From: Ostreococcus lucimarinus
Lineage: Eukaryota
Assembly (NCBI GenBank): GCA_000092065.1
Contig: CP000585.1
DNA length: 64,000 nucleotides
Direction: 5' to 3' (one strand)
The position numbers and the translations under genes are program-made. How positions within the stretch are numbered: position 1 is the first letter of the stretch; each line of letters opens with the position of its first letter. The notes beneath the pieces are model-generated. The model did no database searches. It was not told the DNA's origin and was given only the letters and a program-made list of their open reading frames with translations. This document shows, piece by piece, positions 11,777 to 21,787 of this stretch.

Positions 11777-12025
11777 CGCGCGCGTCGTCGTCGTCGTGCG
11801 GTCGCTTCGACGCGTCGCGCTTATTTCTTTTCCCAACGTTCGCTTCGCGAGCGCGGCGCCCGCGTCGCGCGCGCGGCGGTGCACGATCTGCGCGGTCGCG
11901 CGCGCGAGCATGCGCCGGCCCGAGCGCGCCGGTGTGCGCCGTCGCGTCGCGAGACGCCCGTCGACGAATCCATCGCGCCCTCGAAAACACCCGCGTGTGT
12001 GAAACCCCACCAGGGTTTACACCGC

Positions 12026-12053
12026 GATCGATCGACCGATCGATCGATCGATC
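12026..12053. repeat. (GATC)n microsatellite in promoter region upstream of HORMA gene
   Basis: gatcgatcgaccgatcgatcgatcgatcc seen directly. Confidence 0.7.
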
Positions 12054-12176
12054 CGCCGTCTCGGCCGTCTCGGACGGCGACGCGAACCGTCCGAGACGGA
12101 CGCGGCACACCGCGACGCGACGCGCGACGACGACGCGACGCGCGACGACGACGCGACGAAGAGCGACGAAGAAACG

Positions 12177-13476
12177 ATGACGACGACGATCGACGCGTCC
12201 AAGCAACTGACGCGGGAAAAGTCCGCGGCGATGGTGACGAACATGCTGCGCGTGGCGCTGCACACGGTGACGTTTTGTCGAGGTGCGCACGAATCGACGA
12301 AACGCGAGACGACGAGGCGCGCGCGCGCGGACGACGACTGACGGCGGCGAGGACGAGAGGGCAGGGATATTCGACGCGGAGACGCACTTTAAGGAGTGTA
12401 AGAACATGAACGTGTCGATGCATAAGCTGGTGCCGGCGAGTAAGGGGGCGAAACGAATCTTGGACATGCTCGAGCGAGGCGTGGCGGACGCGCTGGAGCG
12501 GGGATATTTGAGGAGCGTGTCGTTCGCGCTGACGCGAGCGGTGGTGAAGGATGGAGTGAAGGATGCGACGATGCGGGAGACGGTGGAGGAGTATAAGTTT
12601 AACGTGCGCTATGGGAGCCGAGGCGAGGTGACGCTCGACGACGCGCGGTACATCGGCGGCGGCGATCGAGGCGACGTGAGCGTGGGGCTGAGCGATCGCA
12701 CGGGCAAGACGACGCGCATGGAACGATTGAGCGATGTGGATTACATTAAGAAGGCGGCAATCGCCATGACGCGCTGTTTGCTGTCGCTCGTGAAGACGTT
12801 GGAGAACGTTCCCGACGGGTGCGCGTTTAACATTCACGTTTCGTACGTCAACGGTACGCCGGCGGATTACGAGCCACCGTTCTTTGAGGCGGCGGACGCG
12901 ACGAGAGAAACGACTTGGTCGAAGAACCCGTTCAGTATGAGTGTTGGAAAAGTGGAAACCGAGTATCACGGGCTGTCGCTTCGCGTGCGTTCGGTGTTGG
13001 ATCCCGCTCAAGACACCGACAGCGGACAAAAGAGCAATCCCGGATCGTCGCAAACTTCTTCTTTGCTCGATGAGTCACCTTCGACGCCTGTCGGCGACAA
13101 AACGGCCGCTGACGACGCCATCGTTCCCATGTCGCAAGACGTTGTGGTGAATCTGTCACAACCGAAGGCGGAAGCCGCACCGACGTTCGACGACGGCGAA
13201 GTCGAAGCGCAAGTACTCGATTGGGTGAAAACGCGACGGAGCTCGGGCATCGTCGACGCCGTGGCGTGCTCCAATACATTCCGAGCGTACCCGTTCAAGG
13301 TGATAGATCGTGCGTTCGAGCGCTTGCTTGCCAAGGGGCTGGTTGAAAAGAACGGGGATCGAGGTTTTGTCTTGTCGTCAGCGCCAAAGACGAATGGTAA
13401 GAAGCGATCCGCGTCGACGAAGGCTATCGCGCCGCAGGCTACTCGTCGCTGCTTACGCTCGAATACGCGAAAATAA
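12177..13476 (+). CDS. HORMA-domain protein (Mad2/Rev7/Hop1 superfamily) with C-terminal winged-helix-like region, 2 exons (12177..12282, 12365..13476)
   Basis: Exon1 MTTTIDASKQLTREKSAAMVTNMLRVALHTVTFCR + exon2 GIFDAETHF... aligns with Mad2 N-terminus [33 protein letters not shown]; intron GTGCGC...CGACTGAC...GGGCAG. Confidence 0.55.
12283..12364 (+). other. intron (82 nt) of HORMA gene
   Basis: GTGCGCACG donor, CGACTGACGG branch, CAG acceptor at 12362-12364; phase-1 splice creates RG-IFD motif. Confidence 0.55.
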
Positions 13477-13572
13477 ATGTTGTGGACGAGAAACATATGA
13501 GAATGTTATATACACGCGTAAGATGAATGAGTTTAATGTGAATGATTGTTAATGAATGTCCATCCGTCGCGT

Positions 13573-16398
13573 CTACAAGTACTTCACGAAGGATGGGATG
13601 GAGCCAGTGATTTGGCGCAAGATTTTAACCGTGTACATCACCTTGCCGTGCATCGTCATATCAGTCATTGTCTTGAGCCGGATACCTGTGTCGATGATTT
13701 CCACGTCGTACGCATCGCTAATACCTTCGACGAGAAGTTCTTTCACCATGATCGACGCATCCGTGATCAAATCGATGATGGGAGCGGTGGGACTGTCGAG
13801 CAAAATTCCTTGAATGCCGAGATCACCAGCCAGTATGCGCATTTCCCTGGCAAAGACGCATGACAGGCTGAATTCGTCAGGTTCACCAAACGTATCACGC
13901 ATCAGCGCGAGGACGTCGTGCACTTGTTCGTGCGCGGTGATTGAGTCAATCGTCGCCTTGACTTCGTCGCTCGCCTCCGTGGTGGCGATGTAGAACGGCG
14001 TGATCCCGAATTCATAACCAGCGGCACCGACTCGAACGTCATCGGCATCAATCGTCTTGATTCTTAGATTATCGATGCGTTGCAGCTGTTTGTAGAGAAG
14101 CTCCAGGTATAAATCGGCTCCGACACTATCGACGTCTCCGCTTTGCTTTTCGCCAAACATCGTGCCGACACCTCGAATGCCCATATCTCGCTCTGACAGA
14201 CGGAACCCTTCGCCCAATCCGCAGCATTCCTCCAGCGCGGCCAAGCGCTCCTGCGCGCCCGTCGTCAGCTCACTCTCGTCTGCGGAGTAGAACATGTAAG
14301 CGTACGCCTGGCGACCGGCCCGACCAACGCGACCGCGAAGCTGATACAACGAAGCGAGCCCAAAAAACTGCACATTTTCGATGATGATCGTGTTACAGTT
14401 GGGAATGTCCAAACCAGACTCGACGATCGTCGTCGCGATCAGTACGTCCGCCGAACCGTTTGAAAATGACTCCATGGCGTCGTCGATGGCTTCGCCGTCC
14501 ATTTGTCCGTGCGCCGTCATGATTTGTAAATTCGGGAAAAGGCGCAACAGTCGATCGCATGCGTCGCGCATCATATTGATCCGCGGTACGATGTAATATA
14601 TCTGCCCATTCCGCGAGATTTCGTACTCGATCGCCTTTCTGATGTCGTCGTCGTTCTGCGGCGCGAGCACCGTGTTAATTGGACGGCGCTCCGGTGGCGG
14701 CGTCTGCACCAGCGACGCGTCGCGGAATCCCGACATGGCCATGTGCAGCGTGCGCGGGATTGGCGTCGCCGACAACGTGAGAACATCGACTTCAGCTTTC
14801 AACGCACTTATCTGGTCCTTGTGCTTGACACCGAATCTTTGTTCTTCGTCTATAACGAGTAATCTGAGCTGCTTGTAATACTCTTGCTCCAAGTTCACCA
14901 GCTTATGCGTACCGACGATGATTTGCACTTTACCGTCCCTAAAATCATCGAAGATTGTGTTTTGCTTTGCGGCTTGGATGTGCCTAGTGACTAATTCAAC
15001 GTTTATACCCAACGGGCGAAATCGAACGGCGAGGTTTGCCGCGTGCTGCTTCGCTAAGACGGTGGTCGGCGCCATCATGAATACGCCCCCTCCGCTGCTT
15101 GCCACATGAAACATCGCGCGCATGGCGACTTCCGTCTTCCCAAAACCGACGTCACCAATAACTAATCGATCCATCGGAGCGTCTTGCTGCAAATCTTCGG
15201 TGATTTCTTGAATCGCGCTCGTTTGATCTGGCGTGAGCGTAAACGGGAACGACGCGTCAAACTGCTTCGCCCTCTCGGGGTCAGGCAACGGGTACGGCTC
15301 TCGCACACATTGCAACCTTTGGAGATACACCACCATTTGGTTCACCACTAGACGACGAATCGTTGCCTCGGTCTTCCTTTCCCTCAAATCCCAAGTCGAT
15401 TTGTCGTTGAGCTTGTTGAGCTTTGGTGGTTTCACCAATCCTCCAGGAGAACAAAAGCGGTAGAGCAATCGCCTCGACGCCTCTGGACTAATCTTCGCCG
15501 TCGCATCCTGATACTTCAGGAACAAGAACGGTTTGTTTTGCGTACCTTCATTGGCTGACTCCACGGCTAATACCTTCATGCCGAGAAACTGACCTATGCC
15601 GTACTTTCGATGCACCACGTACTCACCCGTGACGAGTTTAAAAGGATCAATCGCGTTGTTCACCCCGAACGCATCTTCCACATAACCGTCTCGCACGCGT
15701 CTATTCTTTTCTTCTACTTCCGCCGCGCTTTCAAGCATGTCATCCACCTGTTCATCGGCTTCAGAGCTATCCATGCTCGTTCTAAACGTGTCCCATGCCG
15801 AAATCGCGCCGCCGTCGTTAAACTTATCTCGCACCATCCCCATGCCCCGCTCGCGACGCTCCGCAAACAACCGCCTCAACCGATCTCCCGCCGCTTCTCC
15901 CCCGATCGTTGTCTCTTCTCTAAGCGCTGAGGACAACTCGACCTCTTGCGCCGCGGCGCCGACGGACGCGTCCCCGAGCGTCGCGCCGCTCGCCGCCGGC
16001 GCCAGAATTCTCCCTCGTTTCTTCACGAAACTTTCCAACGCGAGCGCTTCTCTTTCCCGGCGATCGACGCTGATCACCTGTCGCGTCTTCGAGCTCTCTT
16101 TCACCGACCGCGCGAGCTTGCGAACTTTGCGAACCTTCGGCGCGCTCTCGCTCTCGCTCGTAGATTTCGTCCCCGACGCCTTGGAGCCGTTCTCCGTCTT
16201 CGGCGCGCGTCGCGCGACGCGTCGAGGCGTCGCGGACGATTTCCCTTGGTCATCTTTCCCCGCCGCGCGCGCGCCGACGTCGCGCGACGTCGCCGCGCGG
16301 CGCGTTCGCGACGTCGAGGTCGCCGGCGGCGGCAGGCGCGGTCGCGTCGTCGTCGCCGCATCGCGCGTCGCCGCGCGCGCGAACGCGAGGGCGGACAT
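13573..16398 (-). CDS. transcription-repair coupling factor (Mfd) homolog, organelle-targeted
   Basis: 941 aa; UvrB-interaction/CarD-like region, DEAD/DEAH-like helicase motifs (GDVGFGKTEVA, DEEQRFGV, LSATPIPRTL), TRCF C-terminal domain; S/T/R-rich N-terminal presequence. Confidence 0.85.
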   Translation of the reverse strand: MSALAFARAATRDAATTTRPRLPPPATSTSRTRRAATSRDVGARAAGKDDQGKSSATPRRVARRAPKTENGSKASGTKSTSESESAPKVRKVRKLARSVKESSKTRQVISVDRREREALALESFVKKRGRILAPAASGATLGDASVGAAAQEVELSSALREETTIGGEAAGDRLRRLFAERRERGMGMVRDKFNDGGAISAWDTFRTSMDSSEADEQVDDMLESAAEVEEKNRRVRDGYVEDAFGVNNAIDPFKLVTGEYVVHRKYGIGQFLGMKVLAVESANEGTQNKPFLFLKYQDATAKISPEASRRLLYRFCSPGGLVKPPKLNKLNDKSTWDLRERKTEATIRRLVVNQMVVYLQRLQCVREPYPLPDPERAKQFDASFPFTLTPDQTSAIQEITEDLQQDAPMDRLVIGDVGFGKTEVAMRAMFHVASSGGGVFMMAPTTVLAKQHAANLAVRFRPLGINVELVTRHIQAAKQNTIFDDFRDGKVQIIVGTHKLVNLEQEYYKQLRLLVIDEEQRFGVKHKDQISALKAEVDVLTLSATPIPRTLHMAMSGFRDASLVQTPPPERRPINTVLAPQNDDDIRKAIEYEISRNGQIYYIVPRINMMRDACDRLLRLFPNLQIMTAHGQMDGEAIDDAMESFSNGSADVLIATTIVESGLDIPNCNTIIIENVQFFGLASLYQLRGRVGRAGRQAYAYMFYSADESELTTGAQERLAALEECCGLGEGFRLSERDMGIRGVGTMFGEKQSGDVDSVGADLYLELLYKQLQRIDNLRIKTIDADDVRVGAAGYEFGITPFYIATTEASDEVKATIDSITAHEQVHDVLALMRDTFGEPDEFSLSCVFAREMRILAGDLGIQGILLDSPTAPIIDLITDASIMVKELLVEGISDAYDVEIIDTGIRLKTMTDMTMHGKVMYTVKILRQITGSIPSFVKYL

Positions 16399-16665
16399 CG
16401 CGCGAACGGCTATAGAGCGCGCCGCGTCGGCGAGACCGAGACCGCGGCGCGGAGGACCGCGGCGTTGTGAGGGAGCCGTGTCGCGTCGCGCGAAACGAGG
16501 CGGTTCTCCGCGCCGCGAGGGGCGGGCGATGCGAGGGGAGGGCGGCGACGACGTGCGATTAATTGTTTAACTTGTTTTGTTCCTTCAATATATACGCGTG
16601 AGTACGAGTCTCACGATCGCTAGGTCGAATCCCGCGGGGTTCGCTCGAAAGCTCGACGCGAACGC

Positions 16666-18063
16666 TTAGAAGCCAAACGAACCGCCGAAGCCTGTCGCGC
16701 CACCCCACATGCTTTGCGGCTGGCCTTGCGCCTGTTGCCCAACACTTTCGGGCTGCGGAGCGGCGGCGGGAGAGAAAAGCGAGTAGCCCAGGCCGACACC
16801 AAACGGAGACCGACCGCCGAGAGCGTCGTACGCTCCAACGTTGCTATAGACGTCCTCGGCGAGACCTTCCATGCCCATGCCGCTCACGCCCCACGCCGCT
16901 CCAAGCTGCGAGCTTCCATCCGCTGCAGCCACGCCCCCGTTCGGCCGCGCGTTTCTATCCCAAGCGTTCGCGTGCGGCGCCGATTTCTCGGGCGTCGCGA
17001 CGCCGAAACCGCCGGGTTGAGAAAATCCGAAACCCGGCGCCACAGGTTGAGCGCGTTGATTCGCCTCCGGCGGTGGGCCCGCGGGTACGGGAGGAACGAA
17101 GCCTTCACCGACATTCGGCATACGGCTCGGCGCTTCCGCTCCCGCACCGAACGCAAACTCAGGCTTCGGGTACTTTGGGTACGTCTTCGGCGACGACGCG
17201 TTCCCAAAGCTTATCGCATTCGGCGAATCGTCCGCGGCTTGATCGCTAGCTAACATCGAACCAGTACCGAACTGAAACGTAGGTCCACCCATCACCGCCG
17301 GCTTTGCGCCGTTAGCGCCCGCTACGGGCGCCGCGGACGCACCGTTCGGTGTCGGGAAGCGTGGCGTCGGCACCGACGCCCCGCTCGTCGTGAGCGTCGG
17401 CGACTTCTCCAAAGCCGCCACCGCGGGCATCGGTGCCGTGGGTAACGGTGGATCCAAGCTCGCCTTTCTTCCGACCAACGCCGCCGCGAACGAGCCTTCA
17501 GTCGCGACGGTCACTCCAGCTTTGGCGGCGGACGCGTAGTCTATCGCCCCGCTTCGCTGCGCGATCGGCGCCGGCGTCGGCTCCTTCGCCATCGTCACCG
17601 GTCTCGCCACCGCGTTCAGCCCTCCCGCTATCGGCAGCGGCTTCGGAATGCTCACCCCACCTACTCTACCGTTCGTCGGCGATCCCGTCGGCGACCCGCT
17701 CGCCGAGGCGATTTTCGCGAACGCCGCCACCGCGGCGACGTCGTGAGAAAACCGACACTGATCCCCCCGCTTACACGTCCCTTTCGCGTGATCGAAGCAC
17801 ACGCCCGCCGCCGCTCTGTGCGGCGACCCCACGCCGCGTCCCATCACCCCCCCCGCCGCGGGATTCCCTCCCGCTTCGCCCTCGTGCGAAAACCGACAGT
17901 CGGCGCGCGCGCACGATCCCCGCGACCAATCGAAGCACGCGTCCGACCGCTCGAACGACCCGTTCCGCGCCAGTCCGCCCGTCCCGGACGTCGGCGACAT
18001 CCGTCCCATCTCCAGCGCGCGTTTCGCGCGCTCTCGCGCCGCGCGCTGCGCCTCCGGCGTCAT
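16666..18063 (-). CDS. CCCH zinc-finger / FG-repeat protein, Nup42 (NUPL2/hCG1)-like nucleoporin
   Basis: Two C-x8-C-x5-C-x3-H fingers (CFDWSRGSCARADCRFSHEG; CFDHAKGTCKRGDQCRFSHD) followed by long low-complexity region ending in FG repeats (GFGFSQPGGFG, FGGSFGF). Confidence 0.45.
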   Translation of the reverse strand: MTPEAQRAARERAKRALEMGRMSPTSGTGGLARNGSFERSDACFDWSRGSCARADCRFSHEGEAGGNPAAGGVMGRGVGSPHRAAAGVCFDHAKGTCKRGDQCRFSHDVAAVAAFAKIASASGSPTGSPTNGRVGGVSIPKPLPIAGGLNAVARPVTMAKEPTPAPIAQRSGAIDYASAAKAGVTVATEGSFAAALVGRKASLDPPLPTAPMPAVAALEKSPTLTTSGASVPTPRFPTPNGASAAPVAGANGAKPAVMGGPTFQFGTGSMLASDQAADDSPNAISFGNASSPKTYPKYPKPEFAFGAGAEAPSRMPNVGEGFVPPVPAGPPPEANQRAQPVAPGFGFSQPGGFGVATPEKSAPHANAWDRNARPNGGVAAADGSSQLGAAWGVSGMGMEGLAEDVYSNVGAYDALGGRSPFGVGLGYSLFSPAAAPQPESVGQQAQGQPQSMWGGATGFGGSFGF

Positions 18064-18452
18064 CGCGGTCGAGGTCGCCGCCCTCGCGAGATCGCGTCCG
18101 CGTTCGCCGCGCGCGTCCGTTCGCCGCGCGTCCGTTCGCCGCGTTCGCCGCGCGACGCGCCGATCGACGCGCGACGCGCGCGCGGTGCGCTCGCGGCGCG
18201 CTCGCGACGCGCGCGCGGTGCTCTCGCGACGCGGACGCGCGCGCCGCGCGCGCGGCGATGCGACGAAATCGCACCCGCGCGCGGCGCTATTCTATATACC
18301 ATTTCGAATGCGTCCTTTACGTAGTAATGTAACTGCATGGGTGTTTACTGTGATACAATACGATACACGACGTTTATCGCGTGCGATCGGTCGGTCGGTC
18401 GCGACGCGTTCAAATCTCGACATCGCGACGCGCGACGCGCGAGCGGGCGACC

Positions 18453-20222
18453 ATGCGGCGCGCGCTGGCGCGGCGCGGATACGCCGACGCGAAACCGCTG
18501 AAGCGCGGCGCGACGGGACGCGTGTACGAGGCGACGCGGCGCGACGACGGCGCGCGGTGCGCGCTGAAGATGCTGGCGACGCGCGACGCGCGCGACGAAG
18601 ACGCGACGACGGCGACGACGCGCGAGGCGGACGCGCTGCGACGGTGCGGAGGACACGCGAACGTGATCGCGCTGCGCGAGGCGTGGATCGACGACGCGCG
18701 CGGCGTCGGGTGGATCGCGATGGAGCACGGCGGAGGAGACTTGACGACGCGCGCGGCGACGGCGGCGCGCGCGGCGAATTACGCGGCGCAGATCGGGATG
18801 GCGCTGCGACACGTGCACGAGAGGTGCGGGATGGTGCACGGGGACGTGAAACCGGAGAATGTGCTCGTGGACGAGGATGGGATGGTGAGACTGGGGGATT
18901 TCGGGAGCGCGCGCGCGCGGAGCGACGAAGACGGGCGGGCGCGGGCGGGAGGCACGCCGTTGTACGCGCCGCCGGAGGTGTGCTCGGGCGAAGGGCGCGC
19001 GTGCTCGACGGCGGGAGACATGTGGGGGTTGGGGTGCGTCATGTACCAGCTCGCCGCGGGCGCGCCGCCGTTCGACGGCGGTGATAAGGAAACGCTTCGA
19101 AGGAACATCGTCGAGACGGAGCCTCCGGCGCTCGAGGGGGAGTTCGCCGGAGAGTACGACGATGTCGTGCGGGCTTTGCTCGTCAAGGACCCGGCGCGGC
19201 GTTTGACCGCGGAGCAGTTTCTGTCTTTGCCGTACATGCGGGAGCGCGTGTCGCGGATTTTAGAAACTTCGAGGAACCATCGCGAGCGAGCTTCCGGGGC
19301 GGTTGAGTTCGATGCGGATGCCGACGCCGATGCCCTGAATTCAAACGCGACGGTGGCCACATTCGGCGACGCTGACTCGCTCGTCGAGCGCTTGGCCGCG
19401 CTTGAGGCGAAGAACGAAGTGTTGACGATGAAGCTCGAGGCGTCCGAGCGGGCAAGACGCGAACTGTGCGAAAAACTCGAACGCGCCATGTTTCGCGTGA
19501 AACACGACGAAATGAAGTCCCAAGCGAGTCCTTCGACGAGTTATGCAGACGGCACGCCCACGTCAGCAGCGACGGCTGTTCCTCGATGCGCGCACACGAT
19601 GTCTTTCATGGACTCGCCGTTTATCATGTCGAGCAGCGCCGAGCGCATGATTTCCAGCCATCGTTGGTTTGAAGACTCATTCCATTTGGCCCCGATATCG
19701 CCCATCGCGGCGAACGTGAACGGTGCACGTCGAGATGCCATGCATGCTGTGACTCCGGTGCAAAGAAAACACGATTTGGTGTCCTTGTTTGAAAAGGCGG
19801 AGATTTCGCCAGCGGGACCGCTAGATTTCAAATCGTCGCCAGGCGCGAACGATTCGAGCGTCATGAGCTCGCCACCAACGTCGGCGTCCAAATCACGCGA
19901 CGAGTACATCGATAGTCTCTTGCGCCGTGCGCGTAAGTCTCGCACCGCCGAGGCGAAAACTGACGACGCATCGTCGATGTCCGACGACGCCGAAAACGAC
20001 CCGCCGTCGCCTCGATCTGAAGACGCCCTCCCCATCTTCGAGAGCGATCTCGCGACTCCACCAACGGTGTCGCGCCGTCCAAAGACTCCGATGGCGCCGC
20101 TCCGTCATCAAAACCACCGTCACGACGACGACGACGTACACGGTGACATCGCGCTCGGGCGTTCGATTAAACACGGCGTCGCTCGCGAGCGATGGAACGT
20201 TCGCCCGCGAGCGCTTTTTTGA
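18453..20222 (+). CDS. serine/threonine protein kinase
   Basis: GxGxxG-like LKRGATGRVYEA, VAIK-like CALKML, HGDVKPENVL (catalytic loop), DFG (LGDFGSARA), APE-like YAPPEV; long low-complexity C-terminal tail. Confidence 0.8.
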   Translation: MRRALARRGYADAKPLKRGATGRVYEATRRDDGARCALKMLATRDARDEDATTATTREADALRRCGGHANVIALREAWIDDARGVGWIAMEHGGGDLTTRAATAARAANYAAQIGMALRHVHERCGMVHGDVKPENVLVDEDGMVRLGDFGSARARSDEDGRARAGGTPLYAPPEVCSGEGRACSTAGDMWGLGCVMYQLAAGAPPFDGGDKETLRRNIVETEPPALEGEFAGEYDDVVRALLVKDPARRLTAEQFLSLPYMRERVSRILETSRNHRERASGAVEFDADADADALNSNATVATFGDADSLVERLAALEAKNEVLTMKLEASERARRELCEKLERAMFRVKHDEMKSQASPSTSYADGTPTSAATAVPRCAHTMSFMDSPFIMSSSAERMISSHRWFEDSFHLAPISPIAANVNGARRDAMHAVTPVQRKHDLVSLFEKAEISPAGPLDFKSSPGANDSSVMSSPPTSASKSRDEYIDSLLRRARKSRTAEAKTDDASSMSDDAENDPPSPRSEDALPIFESDLATPPTVSRRPKTPMAPLRHQNHRHDDDDVHGDIALGRSIKHGVARERWNVRPRALF

Positions 20223-20460
20223 TACCCCTAATAGGCGCGCACACGCCGCTGTTGTAACTTAATAACCAAACGACGCGCAATTTGGAATGTTTTATTCCTC
20301 TCACCTTCGTCTCCTCGCCTCCGGGCGTCGTCTCGCGCGTCGTTCGCCTCGTCCCGCGTCGCCGCGCGCGTCGCCGCCGACGCGCGCCTAGGTCTTGCCG
20401 TTTGCGTGGCCACCGTCCATCGCGCGCCGCACTCCCCATCGCGCGCGCGCGCCGGTCGTC

Positions 20461-21570
20461 ATGCCCGCTGCGTGCGCTCAGAGCGCTCTTCGCGCCGCCG
20501 CGCCGTCCTCGAAGCGCGTCTCCGCGCCGTCGTCGCGTCTCCGCGCCGCGCGCCGCGCGTCCGGCCCCGCGTCCGCGCGAAACCTCGCGCGCGCGCCCCG
20601 CGGCGTGAGCGACGCCGGTGACTGGGCGTGCCCGCTGAACGGATGCTCCGTGAGTGACCTTCGCGCGAAGCGGTTGATCACGGCCATCAAGACGCCGTAC
20701 CTCGCGAGCGGCAAGGTGGACCTGTTCGCGTACGACGCGCTCGTCGAGCAACAGATCGCGGGCGGCGTCGAGGGACTGATCGTCGGGGGCACCACGGGCG
20801 AGGGACAGCTGATGTCGTGGGACGAACACATCATGCTGATCGCACACACGGCGCAGCGGTACGGCGGGAAGGTGAAGGTGATCGGAAACACCGGGAGTAA
20901 CTCGACGCGAGAGGCGGTGCACGCGACGCAGCAGGGCTTCGCGGTCGGAATGGACGCGAGCTTGCAAATCAATCCGTATTACGGAAAGACGTCGCGAGCG
21001 GGTCTTTTGGAACACTTTGAGGCGGTGATGGATCTCGGGCCGGCGATCGTGTACAACGTGCCGGCGAGAACGAGCCAAGATATCGTGCCGGACATAATGT
21101 TTGAGCTGGCCAAGCACGCGAACTTTGCCGGGGTGAAAGAGTGCGAAGGGAACGCGCGGATTAAGCAATACACCGATAATGGGGTGACGTGCTGGACTGG
21201 AAACGATGACGAGTGCCATGATGCGCGCTACGACGCCGGGGCGGTGGGGGTGATCAGCGTCACCTCCAACCTCGTCCCAGAGCTCATGCGCGAGATGTTA
21301 TTCGACGGCCCGAACCCGGAGCTTCGCGACAGGCTCCTACCGCTCATGAATTGGCTCTTCGCTGAACCCAACCCCACGGGCATCAACACCGCGTGCGCCA
21401 TGCTCGGCGTCGCACAGCCCGTGTTCCGCCTTCCCTACGTTCCGTACGCCGCGGCGTTGCGCGCGCAGGGCGCCGAGCACCTCCGCGCGGTCGGCTTGGA
21501 CGCCGTCGCCGGCGACGGCGCCATTCGCGATCTCAGCGACGCCGACTTCACCATCCTTCGCGACTGGTGA
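20461..21570 (+). CDS. DAPA: 4-hydroxy-tetrahydrodipicolinate synthase (DHDPS), plastid-targeted
   Basis: LITAIKTPY...[22 protein letters not shown]...[12 protein letters not shown]...INPYYGK... canonical DapA motifs incl. active-site Lys region (GVKEC); R/A/S-rich presequence. Confidence 0.85.
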   Translation: MPAACAQSALRAAAPSSKRVSAPSSRLRAARRASGPASARNLARAPRGVSDAGDWACPLNGCSVSDLRAKRLITAIKTPYLASGKVDLFAYDALVEQQIAGGVEGLIVGGTTGEGQLMSWDEHIMLIAHTAQRYGGKVKVIGNTGSNSTREAVHATQQGFAVGMDASLQINPYYGKTSRAGLLEHFEAVMDLGPAIVYNVPARTSQDIVPDIMFELAKHANFAGVKECEGNARIKQYTDNGVTCWTGNDDECHDARYDAGAVGVISVTSNLVPELMREMLFDGPNPELRDRLLPLMNWLFAEPNPTGINTACAMLGVAQPVFRLPYVPYAAALRAQGAEHLRAVGLDAVAGDGAIRDLSDADFTILRDW

Positions 21571-21787
21571 TCATCGATCATCATCTAAGCACACCTAGCA
21601 GGCTTTTATCTATTTAGCGATAACTGTTACAACTGTTCCCTTCGCACGCTCGAAGATTTGAAAAAACCTAACACGCGGGTGTTTTCTTGTTGACAGTCTG
21701 TCGCCGAGCGCGGCGCGACGCCACCGCGCGACGCCGAGTCGCACGCGCGTGATTTCCGCGCTCAACACTTCTCACGACACCGTATCG

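Noticed and set aside
16575-16640. tRNA-like T-arm motif (GGTCGAATCC) in intergenic region upstream of the Nup42-like gene.
   Set aside because: Loop is 6 nt rather than the canonical 7 (GGTTCGAATCC), and no matching acceptor, D or anticodon stems could be built. Probably chance.
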